A stretch of 64,000 bases of DNA from contig NC_058368.1 of assembly GCF_018350175.1 (NCBI RefSeq), positions 223,016,001 to 223,080,000 on the forward strand, in the 5' to 3' direction. The DNA is from Felis catus (taxonomy: Eukaryota). The notes beneath the pieces are model-generated. The model was given only the letters and a program-made list of their open reading frames with translations, was not told the origin of the DNA and did not search any database. A program made the translations under genes and the position numbers. The first letter of the stretch is position 1. Each line of letters begins with the position of its first letter. Below are positions 1-12,243 of the stretch, one piece after another.

Positions 1-875
1 TTGAATAATTTTGTAAGAATAAATACAATTTAATTAATAGTCTGAATATGTTTCCCAAAGTCAATGGCTATTAATAAAGTTGCTAATTGCTGACATTTAT
101 ACAAGATTTCTCATTACCAATGTTGAATTCATGTGATAACTTATACTTCCAGTGATGGTTCTCCTTAGACCATTTTCTTTATTCTCTTATACATGTTAAT
201 GACTTAAAGTAGTATGTTTTCATTCATATGAATTATTGAAAATATTAAGAAACTTTTTAAATCCTTTTTAAATCCTTGAATAGAACCTGTTGACTTTGAA
301 GACATAATAGTGTCATCAAAAAACAAAAATCTGTATGTGAGAAAATAAAATGTATGAAATCCCACCCTAACTGTAACCAGAAGCACAACAGAATAAGAAT
401 TTGTGTGTGTGTTCGGGGGGGGGGGGGGGCTTCTGTCATTAGTCAATACATTTCTTTCAAAGTACATTACAGTTTAGAAAAACTATTGAGCATCAAAATT
501 TTAACCATGCATTTTAATTACTAGGATTACAAGATTTGAATTAGAAGTTTCCTTAGATATATGTCATGGATCTCTCTACTATAGCTGTTACCAATGCTCA
601 ATTATTCAGTCTTAATACAAATATATTTAATATGCATGCAACCATATAAAACAAATATAAAACTTAAGGGATTATTATAGGGAAAAATCAAAGATTCCTG
701 AAACCACTACCTAGATGAAAAAATAAATCTATGACAGACACCGAGTCACATGTTCCATCCTAATGACAGCCCCTTTCCTCTCTTCAAATGCAAACACCAT
801 TTTGACCATAATCACTTTTGTATGTTTTTTATGTCTATCCCAATGTATTAGATTTTAAATATATCTCTATTTTCA

Positions 876-1076
876 TTTTTTTTAAGTTTATTGATTTGTC
901 TTGAAAGAGTGCACACAAGTGAGGTAGGGGCAGAGAGAGAGGGAGAGTATCCCAAGCAGGCTTTGTGCTGTCTGCATAGAGCCCGATGCAGGGCTCCCTC
1001 TCAGGAACCATGAGATTATGACCTGGGCCACGATCAAGAGATGGATGCTTAACCAACTGAGTCACCCAGGCACCCC
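876..1076 (-). mobile_element. CAN-SINE (older felid/carnivore subfamily)
   Basis: tRNA-derived head GGGGTGCCTGGGTG on minus, (CT) tract, A-tail. Confidence 0.9.
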
Positions 1077-1485
1077 AAGATAATTTCTACTTTTTAAAGC
1101 ACCCAGTTTCAGTAGTTTATGTCTCTGATCTTAGAAGTCTCTTTCTTATAATAATCTCAAAACATATCTTTTCATTACTACTAAGATTTGCTACAATATC
1201 CTGGAAACACATGATTAGGCCATCATTTTTCTCATAACACAGACTTTCAAGTGATTGAGAAGGTGTCACAATGTTCCAATAATCTTCTGCAAGTTAAACA
1301 CACCCAGTTCTAAAACCAGACCAAACCAAAAGCAAACAAAAACAGAACAAAAACCCCATGTACCCAGTTCCCAAAACATTTTCACAAAAATCACCCACAG
1401 AACTGGTTTAAAATATCTATTCTTCGACCTTATTCCAAATCCACTCAATAAAAACTCTTAGGTACCATATAGTCATCAACCATTT

Positions 1486-1645
1486 TTAGCCAGCTTCCCA
1501 TCCTTTCTAACTCTTGTTATTACTTGTGTTTTTGACTTTAGACATTCTGACAGGTGTAAAGTCGTATCTCATTGTGGTTTTAGTCTTCATTTCCCTGATG
1601 ACTAGTGATGTTGAACATCTTTTTATGTTTCTGTTGGCTATTGTT
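1486..1645 (-). mobile_element. Carnivore L1 ORF2 fragment
   Basis: ATTCTGACAGGTGT...TCTCATTGTGGTTTT...ATTTCCCTGATGACTAGTGATGTTGAACATCT parallels L1 sequence near 41085-41180. Confidence 0.8.
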
Positions 1646-1879
1646 TTACATATATTAAAATAAAACCTTGTAGAATAGTAATTGCCTTAAGGAACCAATG
1701 AACAATGAAGATAAAGACTCACCTCTTGATTCTGTGTTAAAAGAATTGACAAAATTCATACTCTATCCCTAGAAAGGGTCAAAATGAAATAGTGTCTTCA
1801 CTGGGAAGTCAGAATTCACTTAAAGTGAAGGAAATGGGGGGATACCTCTGAGAATATGCTTATCTATCAATTTTCCTAT

Positions 1880-2290
1880 GTCAATTTATTGCAGGGAATC
1901 AGTTGTCCACTTAAGGACCAGATTTACTAGGTACATTTGCAATAAAGGATTTCACTGAATCATAGTTCTGGCATGAGAAATGGGAGTGAGGTAATGTCTT
2001 TCCAGTCTTGGCTGATGACATCCCCTATGGTTATTTGTCCATGTTTTCATTTTCTGGTAATCTCACTGGAGTGAAGATACCAGCTAAGAAGACCTTAGAA
2101 TTCACATAGTGAACAGGACAGAGCTTTTGTCAGACTGGGTCTTTGAATCACCTCATCAAAGAGAACTATCCCACTAGTTTGTTGACTTTAGACTATTATA
2201 TTGGCAACAAATCAGATTAATTGTATTGTTGCTATTACAAGATTTAGAGTTAATTTTGATACCACAGCTAACTTTATCATAAGTGATACA
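1880..2290 (+). mobile_element. Degenerate MaLR LTR (MLT1H/I/J-like)
   Basis: CTGGGTCTTTGAATCACC and a 3' end ...ACAGCTAAC...TGATACA resemble old MLT1 LTRs; boundaries approximate. Confidence 0.5.
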
Positions 2291-4005
2291 GGGAGCTTTG
2301 TTGTGTATTTCTTTGTGAAATAGATCAGTTGGCTGGTTGGTTGATTTTAATAGAGTTCATCCCAGATGAGGAAGCAGATTGGTTTGGGTTTTTGGGAGGT
2401 GAGGAGGACCAGGGAAGAAAAAATAGTACATATATTAAAGTAGTTAGCTTCTATAATGGCAACTTTGCCTAGGTTTTGGTCTAATGCTGTCTGTGTTGAC
2501 TAGTCAAAGTGGAGACAGAGCAATAGATAAAATCATAAACTCAATTTCTTTAAGCTTAGTGGATGAAGACAGTGCTTTTGGCTATAGTTTGTGTGATCTG
2601 AGTATACACAACCTGGTAAATACAAGGACAGATTCTGAGCTCTTTTACCCATGGATGTGGTTGGTCCCCACAATGGTAAGTCATTACATATTTTAAATTG
2701 AATTGTTTACAATTTGAAAGTAAAACACATTTTACTCCCTCTAATCTGTGTAATATAATGTTATTTTTGATACAAATTAGACACAAACATCTGCTTAAAG
2801 CAAGACAAAGTAGGAACAAAAAAGAAAGTGCACACACACAAAGTTTTAAGCAATGTAGGTGTGTATACACACACATAAACACCAACTACTCAAATATACT
2901 TTTATTTTTTGGCTTCTTTAGCTGAAATGTTTTTACTCTTACAGTTGGTTGTGGGTCTAAGGGCCATAAAACCTCCTTTACAAGGCCCATGTAGACAGTC
3001 AAGGAAGTCATATTGCCAAGTAGGAGTTTTTCCTCCCATTTGTTTTCAAATTTTTGTGACAACAGCAAAAACAAATGTAGTTTCCCCATTTTAATATTAT
3101 TTTGCATCTATCTTTTGGAAAATCCCTCTGGACCTTGTTTCAAATGGAGGGGGAAAGTTCTAAAAGTAAATTACAAAAATAGTTTCTACTTTAGTATTAA
3201 ATGCAGGAAAAGATTTACATAAAGGAAGGGAAAATGAGAATAAAGATAAACAACAGCAAAAATTTTCAAAACATAGGGCTTTGAAACATATTTCTAAAAT
3301 TTATTAAGATGTCAGATGTATAGTAATTTATACATTGTTGTTATATCTGGAATATTTCCAACTTTAGGCTATTATAATAGAGACTGGGAACAAAAAAAAA
3401 ACTATTTACAGAGATCAAAGAGTTTGCAATTTTTAAATGCTCTTCTTCAATGTAGTCTTCTTTTCTTTGTAAATGAATCAATTTATCTCATCTTTAACTG
3501 AAATCTAATGATACTTCTGGCTGAGCTTGAGGGTATAAAAATGCAATCAATTTATTTTTGCTTAATAACTCTTGCAATGCCTTGGTGTAAACATTGCTTA
3601 TGTTTGTTTGTATACTTATGTTAAAAATTCCAAGCAGAAAATGAGCAATCTTTGTAATACCAAGTCCCTAAGTACTCTTTCTTTGAATCAACCTTATTAA
3701 ATATACAACATATGCAAATTAAATCCAAACAATAAGAATTTGTAAATATAATGTAATCATTTACGTCTCTTAAAATTGAAAATGAAGTGGAAGGATTTTC
3801 TGTTCAGCAGTGTTTCCAAAGTCACGAGTTTCTTTGACTTGAAATGCTTGAAACTGCGACAAGCTGCATCAAGAGTACCTTTTAGAAGTAGGGCCCATAA
3901 CTCTGTACATACTCTTAGAAATAAATGAATGAGTGGATGAATGAACAAAACAATAGCTTTTATTTTTCATCTTTTCCTCAAAGAGGTCAAGAACAGCAGT
4001 AATGA

Positions 4006-4230
4006 GGGGCGCCTGGGTGGCGCAGTCGGTTAAGCGTCCGACTTCAGCCAGGTCACGATCTCGCGGTCCGTGAGTTCGAGCCCCGCGTCGGGCTCTGGGC
4101 TGATGGCTCAGAGCCTGGAGCCTGTTTCCGATTCTGTGTCTCCCTCTCTCTCTGCCCCTCCCCCGTTCATGCTCTGTCTCTCTCTCTCCCAAAAAATAAA
4201 TAAACGTTGAAAAAAAAATTAAAAAAAAAA
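4006..4230 (+). mobile_element. Very young CAN-SINE (SINEC_Fc)
   Basis: CpGs intact; perfect 17-bp TSD AAGAACAGCAGTAATGA at 3989-4005 and 4231-4247. Confidence 0.98.
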
Positions 4231-4281
4231 AAGAACAGCAGTAATGAATTCTTACTATTCATTAAGTAGTAAATACTGCCT

Positions 4282-4500
4282 GGGGTTCCTGGGTATCTCA
4301 GTTGGTTAAGCCTCAGACTCCTGGTTTCAGCTCAGGTCATGATCTCAGGGTTTGTGAGGTCGAGCCCCACATTGGGCTCTGCACTGACAGTGGGGAGCCT
4401 GCTTGGGATTCTCTCTCTCTCCCTCTCTCTGCTCCTCCCCTGCACATGCTCTAAATAAATAAATAAATAAAATAATAAAATAAAATAAAATAAATAAAAA
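4282..4500 (+). mobile_element. CAN-SINE (older)
   Basis: GGGGTTCCTGGGT head, CTGCTTGGGATTCTCTCTC, (AAAAT)n tail. Confidence 0.92.
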
Positions 4501-4574
4501 ATGCCTACAATATAGAAATAAAAGTATCTATATCAAAACTATGAAAAATCATTGCTCTTGACTACATTATTTTT

Positions 4575-4790
4575 TAAAAAAAAATTTTAACATTTATTTA
4601 TTTTTGAGAGACAGAGCATGAGCAGGGGAGGGGGGAAAGAGAGAGAGGGAGTCACAGAATCCGAAGCAGGCTCCAGGCTCTGAGCTGTTCGTTAGCACGG
4701 AGCCGGATGCGGGGCTTGAACTCACAAACTGAGAGATCATGACCTGAGCCGAAGTCGGACGTTCAACCGACTGAGCCACCCAGGCGCCCC
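4575..4790 (-). mobile_element. CAN-SINE
   Basis: Complete body; TSD GCTCTTGACTACATTATTTTT at 4554-4574 and 4792-4812. Confidence 0.96.
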
Positions 4791-5059
4791 AGCTCTTGAC
4801 TACATTATTTTTAAAAGGAACACTATCGCTTCTGTGAAACAAATTGTTAACAAGGAAATTGCTTTCAGAATATGATATTTTTTAGTTTTTAAAAATTCAC
4901 ATTTTTACGTAGCTGAAGTTTGGTAGCTTGCTTGTTTTTTCAACCATTTACTAAAACTTTACAGGCAGCACTTAAATTTTAGCTTCACTAAATAACCTGT
5001 GGTAAATAAAACAATTTTTATTTGCCTTTAATAAAAGTCATACTTTTTTTTGTTAGAGA

Positions 5060-6790
5060 TTCATTCATTTGTTCAGCAAAATTTTCATTAAGTACTTATG
5101 ACATTCCAAGCTCTATTTAAAGTGCTGGAGACAGAAAGGAATATGTTTGAAGAAGGCTTTGTCTTCGTGGACTTAACTCCTACAGGTAAATATAACAATG
5201 AATAAACAGGTAAAGACATAATGAATATATCACAATATAATAAATTCAAGGTAGGCAAGTAGATCAAGAGTGACTGAGTTGAAAGGATGGAGTTACTATT
5301 TTAAGAAGGAAATCAAGGGAGGCTTTTCACTTGGCAAAACGCAAACAGAATCCTACATGAGGGAAAAGAGCCAGTCGTATGAAGATCTGTGGGAAGACTG
5401 TTCCAGGGAGAGAGATCTGTTGACTAAATGCCCTAAGATGGAAATAAGTTTGAGAATGAGGAAATGACAGAAAGTATGTGTGTTTTGAGGATAGACAGTG
5501 AGGGAGAATATGGTCAGAAGATTATGGAGAAGAATCCTTTATGTCCTGATAGCCCAGTGTGAGGTTTTGAGATTTTGTTTTTAGGTGAAGAGAAGCCCAG
5601 GTTTGAAATATGAGCATGTCATAACTGTACTTAGAGCTAAAGCTTACAAGTTCACTCTAGGTGATATGTGGAAAATGAGTCTATGGGGAGGGTCAGGCAA
5701 AACTGAAAATATGGTGATGAGTTTGAAGGTTGTGGAATGGTCCAAATGAAAGACAGTGATCGTTTGTACGAGATGATATCTGAGGAGTTTTAGTAAATTG
5801 TAGGTTATCATGATTCATATAATGTGTCGACTTGCTCAGGCTATGATGTCCAGTTGTTGAGTGAAACACCAGAAGTTGTTGTGAAAGTATTGTTTAGCTG
5901 TGAATAGCACTTATAGCAACAGGCTTTGAGTAAACAAAATTACTCTTCAAGATGTTGGTGTGCCTCTTTCAATCAGTTGAAGGACTTAAGAGAAAAGATT
6001 GAAGGAAGGGTTAGAAGGAAGAGGAAGGGATTTTGCTTCCAGAGTGCTTTCAGACTAAGAACTGCACCATCAACTCTGGCTACAATTTACAGATGTTACC
6101 CTTCCCAGTGGCTACCAACCATGGTACCCCCACAATTGCATGAGACTAAAATTACCTAAAATTCCTCTGTGTGTATATCTCCATCCCATTGGTTCTGTTT
6201 TTCCTGATTAATACATAGGTTATTGCTATGTATAGAGTTGATGGGATGTATGTGGGCTGTGAGTGAGGAAAATCAAGGATGTGTTTTATTTTTGAGTTCT
6301 GAACAACACAATGAGTACTGATGCTGTTACCTGGTCCAGAAAGCAGAGTGGAATTGCTTTATGTGGAGGAGAGATCAAGTTTTCGGTTTTGGGCCTGTTA
6401 GAGTCCCATCTTCATTTGTGATCAGATATACACCTGAAGTGAAACAAGAATGAATCAGGCCTGAGATAGATCCTCATACTCATCATGGTGTGCATGCTAT
6501 TTAAAGCCAGGGACCTAGACAAGATCACCTGGAAAGAGTTGACAGAGAGCCTAGAACTGAGTCCTGGTTCAGAAAGATGGAACGAGCGAAGGACACTGGG
6601 TAAAGTGTCCAAACTGTAAGAAACAATACAAGAAGAAAAGGACAGAAGAAGTATCACTTCTAGTGGAGGTGGCAGAGAGAGGTCATTGGTGTTCTTGAGA
6701 GGACAGTTTTCACAGTAGACCAGGACAAAGCCTCAAGTAGAAATAGGCTAATATAAAAAAGAATGGCTTGAGAACAGAGATGGTGACAAG
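5060..6790 (-). mobile_element. LINE-2 relic, interrupted by an MLT2 LTR
   Basis: ATTCATTCATTTGTTCAGCAAA...AAGTGCTGGAGA is the reverse complement of an L2 3' end; purine-rich L2-like body follows. Boundaries approximate. Confidence 0.7.
5806..6215 (+). mobile_element. ERVL solo LTR (MLT2-like)
   Basis: ATGTGTCGACTTG...AATCAGTTGAAGG...ATTGGTTCTGTTT...TAATACA; 5-bp TSD TAGGT at 5801-5805 and 6216-6220. Confidence 0.85.
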
Positions 6791-6893
6791 AGTCATCCTT
6801 TGATAATGTTCATATCAATGGGTAAAAGTAAATTGAGAATCTTTTAAAATTCTGTTGAACCTCTTACACTAGATTTTAACTTGGAATTTTTAA

Positions 6894-7651
6894 AAACATT
6901 TTTTTTCAACGTTTATTTATTTTTGGGACAGAGAGAGACAGAGCATGAACGGGGGAAGGGCAGAGAGAGAGGGAGACACAGAATCAGAAACAGGCTCCAG
7001 AAGCAGTGTGGAGGTTCCTCAGAAAATTAAAAATAGACCTACCCTATGACCCAGCAATAGCACTGCTAGGAATTTATCCAAGGGATACAGGAGTACTGAT
7101 GCATAGGGCCACTTGTACCCCAATGTTCATAGCAGCACTCTCAACAATAGCCAAATTATGGAAAGAGCCTAAATGTCCATCAGTTGATGAATGGATAAAG
7201 AAATTGTGGTTTATATACACAATGGAATATTACGTGGCAATGAGAAAAAATGAAATATGGCCTTTTGTAGCAACGTGGATGGAACTGGAGAGTGTGATGC
7301 TAAGTGAAATAAGCCATACAGAGAAAGACAGATACCATATGGTTTCACTCTTATGTGGACCCTGAGAAATTAACAGGAACCCATGGGGGAGGGGAAGGAA
7401 AAAAAAAAAAAAAAAAAAAAAAAAACAGGTTAGAGTGGGAGAGAGCCAAAGCATAAGAGACTCTTAAAAACTGAGAACTGAGGGTTGATGGGGGGTGGGA
7501 GGGAGGAGAGGGTGGGTGATGGGTAATGAGGAGGGCACCTTTTGGGATGAGCACTGGGTGTTGTATGGAAACTAATTTGTCAATAAATTTCATATAAAAA
7601 AAAAAAAAAAAAAGGAAAAGAAAAAAAAAAATAAATAAATAAGTTCTCTGT

Positions 7652-7688
<37 letters not shown>

Positions 7689-7809
7689 AACAGGCTCCAG
7701 GCTCTGAGCCATCAGCCCAGAGCCCGACGCGGGGCTCGAACTCACGGACCGCGAGATCGTGACCTGGCTGAAGTGGGACGCTTAACCGACTGCGCCACCC
7801 AGGCGCCCC
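6894..7809 (-). mobile_element. Young CAN-SINE (SINEC_Fc-like) split by the L1 insertion
   Basis: Halves 6894-7000 and 7701-7809 rejoin into a complete SINE. TSD TTAACTTGGAATTTTTAA at 6876-6893 and 7811-7828. Confidence 0.96.
7001..7685 (+). mobile_element. 5'-truncated young felid L1 (ORF2 C-terminus + 3'UTR + poly(A)) inserted in a SINE
   Basis: ORF 7006-7365 ([17 protein letters not shown]...) is near-identical to the ORF2 end of the full-length copy. Perfect 15-bp TSD AGAAACAGGCTCCAG at 6986-7000 and 7686-7700; ~30-nt pure poly(A). Confidence 0.97.
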
Positions 7810-8399
7810 ATTAACTTGGAATTTTTAATGTTTATGTGACTGCTAAAATAAACATGTCTAGCAGTGACTACTTTTACTTTTTTTGTCTTTTCTTCCTATA
7901 AAATTAAGTAAAGAAAGTAGACTGAAGAATTATAGGGTCTTTTATTTTACCACGTTTTATTAATGTAATTTTGCTTTGTTTCCTTTTATAAAAAGGGTCT
8001 AAGTTTGCAGAATTTACTTTTCTTACAGTTTCTATAGATTACAACTGGTTTAATGTCCTGTTCTCTTAAGTATATCAAATTATATAGGGTGTCAATGGGC
8101 ATTAGGAACCATTCCATAATAATGTAGTAAATCAATTTAAGTAGGCAATAAGGAACCCAATAAAACTAAAGTAATATTTAGATAACCATATGAAAATCTG
8201 GGGCAGAGGGTAGAAAGGTGATTTACAACTCCTCTGTTGCCATTGCAATAATGTCAGACTGTTGTTTCAGGAATTAAAATATCCATTTTGAATAGATTTT
8301 AATATTGAAAATACCACAAACTAAGATATAAACAAATTCTTAAGAATGTTGACTACTGAAATGAACTTAAATCAAATCAATAGATATGAGAGCCAACTT

Positions 8400-8586
8400 C
8401 ACCTCTGTAAACCACATGATGATAGCACAAAGTTAGTTGTTTTCACCACAAGAAAAGATGGTAATTATGTGGCTGGATGGGGGTATTAGCTCACACTATG
8501 GTGATAATCATTTTGCAGTATATAAGTGTGTCAAGTGAACTCAGTGAACACTTTACTTAAAATGTTTTATATTGATATATTTCAAA
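8400..8586 (+). mobile_element. Old L1 (L1MA-like) 3' end fragment
   Basis: GGTAATTATGTG...TATGGTGATAATCATTTTGCAGTATATAAGTGTGTCAAG typical of L1MA 3'UTR. Confidence 0.6.
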
Positions 8587-8760
8587 GCTTAGGGTGGGAA
8601 ACTTAATTATAATTAGTGCTAATGGTCAAATGGGAGAAAACCAGTTTTCAAAATAACTCAAAACTATCTTTAGTACTGAGAATGAAAAGATAGATAGATA
8701 GATGGATAGATAAAAGAAAAAGAAAAAGAAAAAAAAGAAAAAAAAAGAAAAAGAAAAACA

Positions 8761-8980
8761 GGGACACCTGGGTGGCTCTGTCAGTTGGGTGTCTTAACTG
8801 TTGATACTGGCTTGGGTCATGATCTCAGGATCATGGGATGGAGCCCTGCATTGGGCTCTGTGCTGACAGTGCAGAGCCTGCTTGGGATTCTCTCTCTCCC
8901 TCTATCTCTGCTGCTCCCTCCTGCTTCCTCTCTCAGAGTAAATCATAAACATGGAAAACAAGCAAAACAAAATAAAAAAT
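8761..8980 (+). mobile_element. CAN-SINE (older)
   Basis: GGGACACCTGGGTGGCTC head and SINE body. Confidence 0.9.
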
Positions 8981-9037
8981 TTACAACATTAGTGCTCTTG
9001 AGATGTAATACTCTTCTTCATATTAAAAAAAAAATGC

Positions 9038-9263
9038 GGGGCACCTGGGTGGCTCAGTCGGTTAAGTGGCCAACTTCGGCTCAGGTCACGATCTCGTGGT
9101 CCATGAGTTCGAGCCCCGCGTCGGGCTCTGTGCTGACAGCTCGGAGCCTGGAGCCTGCTTCGGATTCTGTGTCTCCCTCTCTCCCTGACCTTCCCCCATT
9201 CATGCACTGTCTCTCTCTGTCTCAAAAATAAATAAACGTTAAAAAAAATTTAAAAAAAAAAAT
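9038..9263 (+). mobile_element. CAN-SINE
   Basis: Complete body, AATAAATAAACGTT tail, A-rich TSD ending TGC. Confidence 0.95.
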
Positions 9264-9547
9264 AAAAAAAATTGCAAAATTTCTACAAAGATTAAAATAT
9301 ATTAGCAATAGTACTTACTATCAACAAATGAGAAAATTTCTCAGGTGAATATACAAAATATTTAACAAACTAGTGTTAATAATTCATTTTTAACCTGTAG
9401 CTATGAAACATTCATATCTTCACTCATAAAGAAACACCTATATTTAAAAGTGATATGCTAATAAGATTTCATTAGAAAACTTCATAAATTTATGCCCATC
9501 TCATATATCTAAAAATAAATTAAATATAAGAATCAAATTTAATTATT

Positions 9548-9756
9548 TCTTTTTACATTTACTTAGTTTTGAGAGAAAAAGTGTGTGAACACCAGCAGGG
9601 GAGGGGCAGAGAGAGAGAGGGAGGGAAAGAATCCCAAGCTGACAGTGCAGAGCCCCAGGAGCCTGGCGTGGGGCTTGATTTCACCAATTGTGAGATCATG
9701 ACCTGAGCAGAAATCAAGAATCAGACGCTCAACCCACTGAGCCACCCAGGTGCCCC
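9548..9756 (-). mobile_element. CAN-SINE (older)
   Basis: SINE body; TSD GAATCAAATWTAATTATT on both sides. Confidence 0.92.
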
Positions 9757-9853
9757 TGAATCAAATATAATTATTAAATGTAGATGTATACATTTCAGTA
9801 TTTAATTCTTGAAGCAAAAGAAAATGTTTCTTGCTTTTTTTTTTATATGACAT

Positions 9854-12188
9854 TGTATTAATTTGATAGGGTGGCTACAACAAATTTCCAATAAACTGAC
9901 GGGTTTAAACAACAGAAAAAATACATTGTCTCATGGTTCTGGAGGGAGGAAGTCCAAGATCAAGGTGTTTACAGGATTGGTTCCTTCCATGGACTGTATA
10001 AAATGATGGTTCCACATGGCTCCCCTAGCTTCTGATGGTTTGCTAGCATCTTTGATGTCCCATGCCTTTTAGACCATCATCTTGATCTCTCTTTTCATAT
10101 TCACATGGTATTATCCGTTTATTGATATCTGTGTCTAAATTTCTACCTTTTATAAGAACATCAGTCCTATTCTATTAGAGGTCACCCTCATGACTTCAGT
10201 TTAACTGGATTTTCTCTATAAAGAACCTGATCCAAACAAGGTCATATCCTGAGGTGGTACCCAGGTTAGGACTTCAACATATGAACTTGTTTGTGGAGAC
10301 AAAATTCAACCCATAACAATCTGCTTTCTAGCCTCCCAAAATACATGTCCTTCTTACATGCAAAATATGTTCACTCCATCCGTACAGCCCCAAGTTTCTT
10401 AACTCATTCTAGTATCAACTTTAAGTTTAAAATCTCTTCCAAGCATCATGTAAGTAAGGTATGCATGAATCTTGAGGTGTGATTCATCCTGAAGCAAAGT
10501 TCCTATTCATATGTTGACCTGTAATATCAAAAAACAAGTTCTTTGGTTTCAAAACACAGTGATGTTTCAGGCATAGGATAGACAGCCTTATTTCATAAGA
10601 GAATAATTGGAAGGGGAAAAGGAAAAAAAAATAAAAAAAATACTTGCAGGTCTCAAAACCTGGCAGGGGAAATTCCATTAGATTTTAAGCTTGAGAATTA
10701 TCCTCTTTGGCTTTATGATGCCCTGCTTCCTGGATTCCCTAGTAAAGCAGCCCAGTCTTCTAGGAGCAGAACTGCCACTCCCCCTTCTTGAGCAGTGGTC
10801 CTGCTCCTTCTGCCATAGATGATAGTCTTCTGAAACCCCAAGGAGATGACTCTCTTCTCTGGATCCATGGCCCTACCCTCAGTGATTTTTCCTTCAATGG
10901 CTCTGTCCTCAAACTCATTCTCTCCTCCTGTCCAAGTTGGCAGGGTGTTTGCTTTTATAAGATACTCAAAACTCTTGAGGCCTCACATGAGATTCACTGA
11001 AGTCCAAGACAAAAGGAACCTCCACGATTTTTCTTGAATAATTCTATCTGTATTCCTGGATTCTGCCAACATGGTTGATTGGATTAACCATTACACAGGA
11101 AGTATCTTTTAGGAACTATCCTCTGGCTACACCCTTGACTCTATTTCAAGAACACACTATCTGAAGAAGCTGAAATCTTCCACTTCACCAAGTGTGATTT
11201 ATTTTGGCCAAGGATTTCCTTCTTTAATTTATTTTTCTCCTCTTGCATTTTACTATAAGCAGCCAGGAGGAGCCGCTCTACACTTTCAGCATTTTATTTA
11301 GAAACCTCCTCTGCTAAATATCCAAGTTCATCACTTGCCAGTTTTACCTTCCATTTGACAAAACCCAATTCAAATAAGTCCTTTGTCATTTTATATCCAA
11401 AGTTTGTCTTTTCTCCAGTTTCCAATAACGTTAATCATTTCCTTCTGAGAGCTACCAGATCATCTTTAATATTCATATTCCTAAAAATATTCTGTTCATG
11501 ATGATACATGTATTGTCTAAGATAATAGAAGCTTTCTCTATAGCTTTCCTCTTTTTTATTTATTTATTTTTTTTTGAGCTTTCACCAGAATCACTCTTAA
11601 CATCCATATTTCCACCAAGAGTCGGTTCGAGGCAATCTAGACCTTTTCACATCACACATCTCAAAAGTCTTCTAGCCTCGCTTTTCCAGTTTCACATTTT
11701 GTTATGGCAGCTAACTATTCTTGGTACCAAAATCTGTATGAGTTTTCAAGGGCTATGTTAACAAAGTACTGCAGACTGTTGACATAAGCAATAGTAATAT
11801 ATTGTCTCCTAGTTCTGGAGGCTAGAGGTCCAAGATCAAGATGTCAGCAGGGTTGGTTCTAAGAGCAGTGTGGAAGAATCTCTTTCATGCCTCTTGCCTT
11901 GCTCCCAATGGTTTGCTGTCAATCTTAGCATTCCGTGGCTTGTAGAACATCAACCCCGATGTCTGCCTTCCTCACCACATGACATTCCCCCTCTGTGCAT
12001 GTCTGTGTTTAAAATTTCCCTATTTGGGGTGCCTGGGTAGTGCAGTGGGGTAAGCATCTGACTCTTGATCTCAGCTCAGGTCATGATTTCACTGTATGTG
12101 AGTTCAAGCCCCGCATGAGACTCTGCAATGATGGCACAGAGGCTCCTTGAGATTCTGTCTCTCCTTCTCTCTGCCCCTCCCCAGCTTG

Positions 12189-12243
<55 letters not shown>

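Noticed and set aside
416..429. Poly-G run after (TG)n (also 18068-18079)
   Set aside because: Simple homopolymer of unreliable length; no further structure.
2484..2696. 70-aa ATG ORF containing a donor-like ATG/GTAAGT
   Set aside because: No recognisable homology, partner exon or promoter; compatible with chance.
4006..4090. tRNA-like A/B box sequences
   Set aside because: These are tRNA-derived SINE heads, not tRNA genes.
3869..4192. 107-aa ORF, and similar ORFs at 8785, 8989, 17959, 21701, 31943, 50279, 57820
   Set aside because: Translations of CAN-SINE sequence (GAWVAQSV..., ERERE...), not genes.
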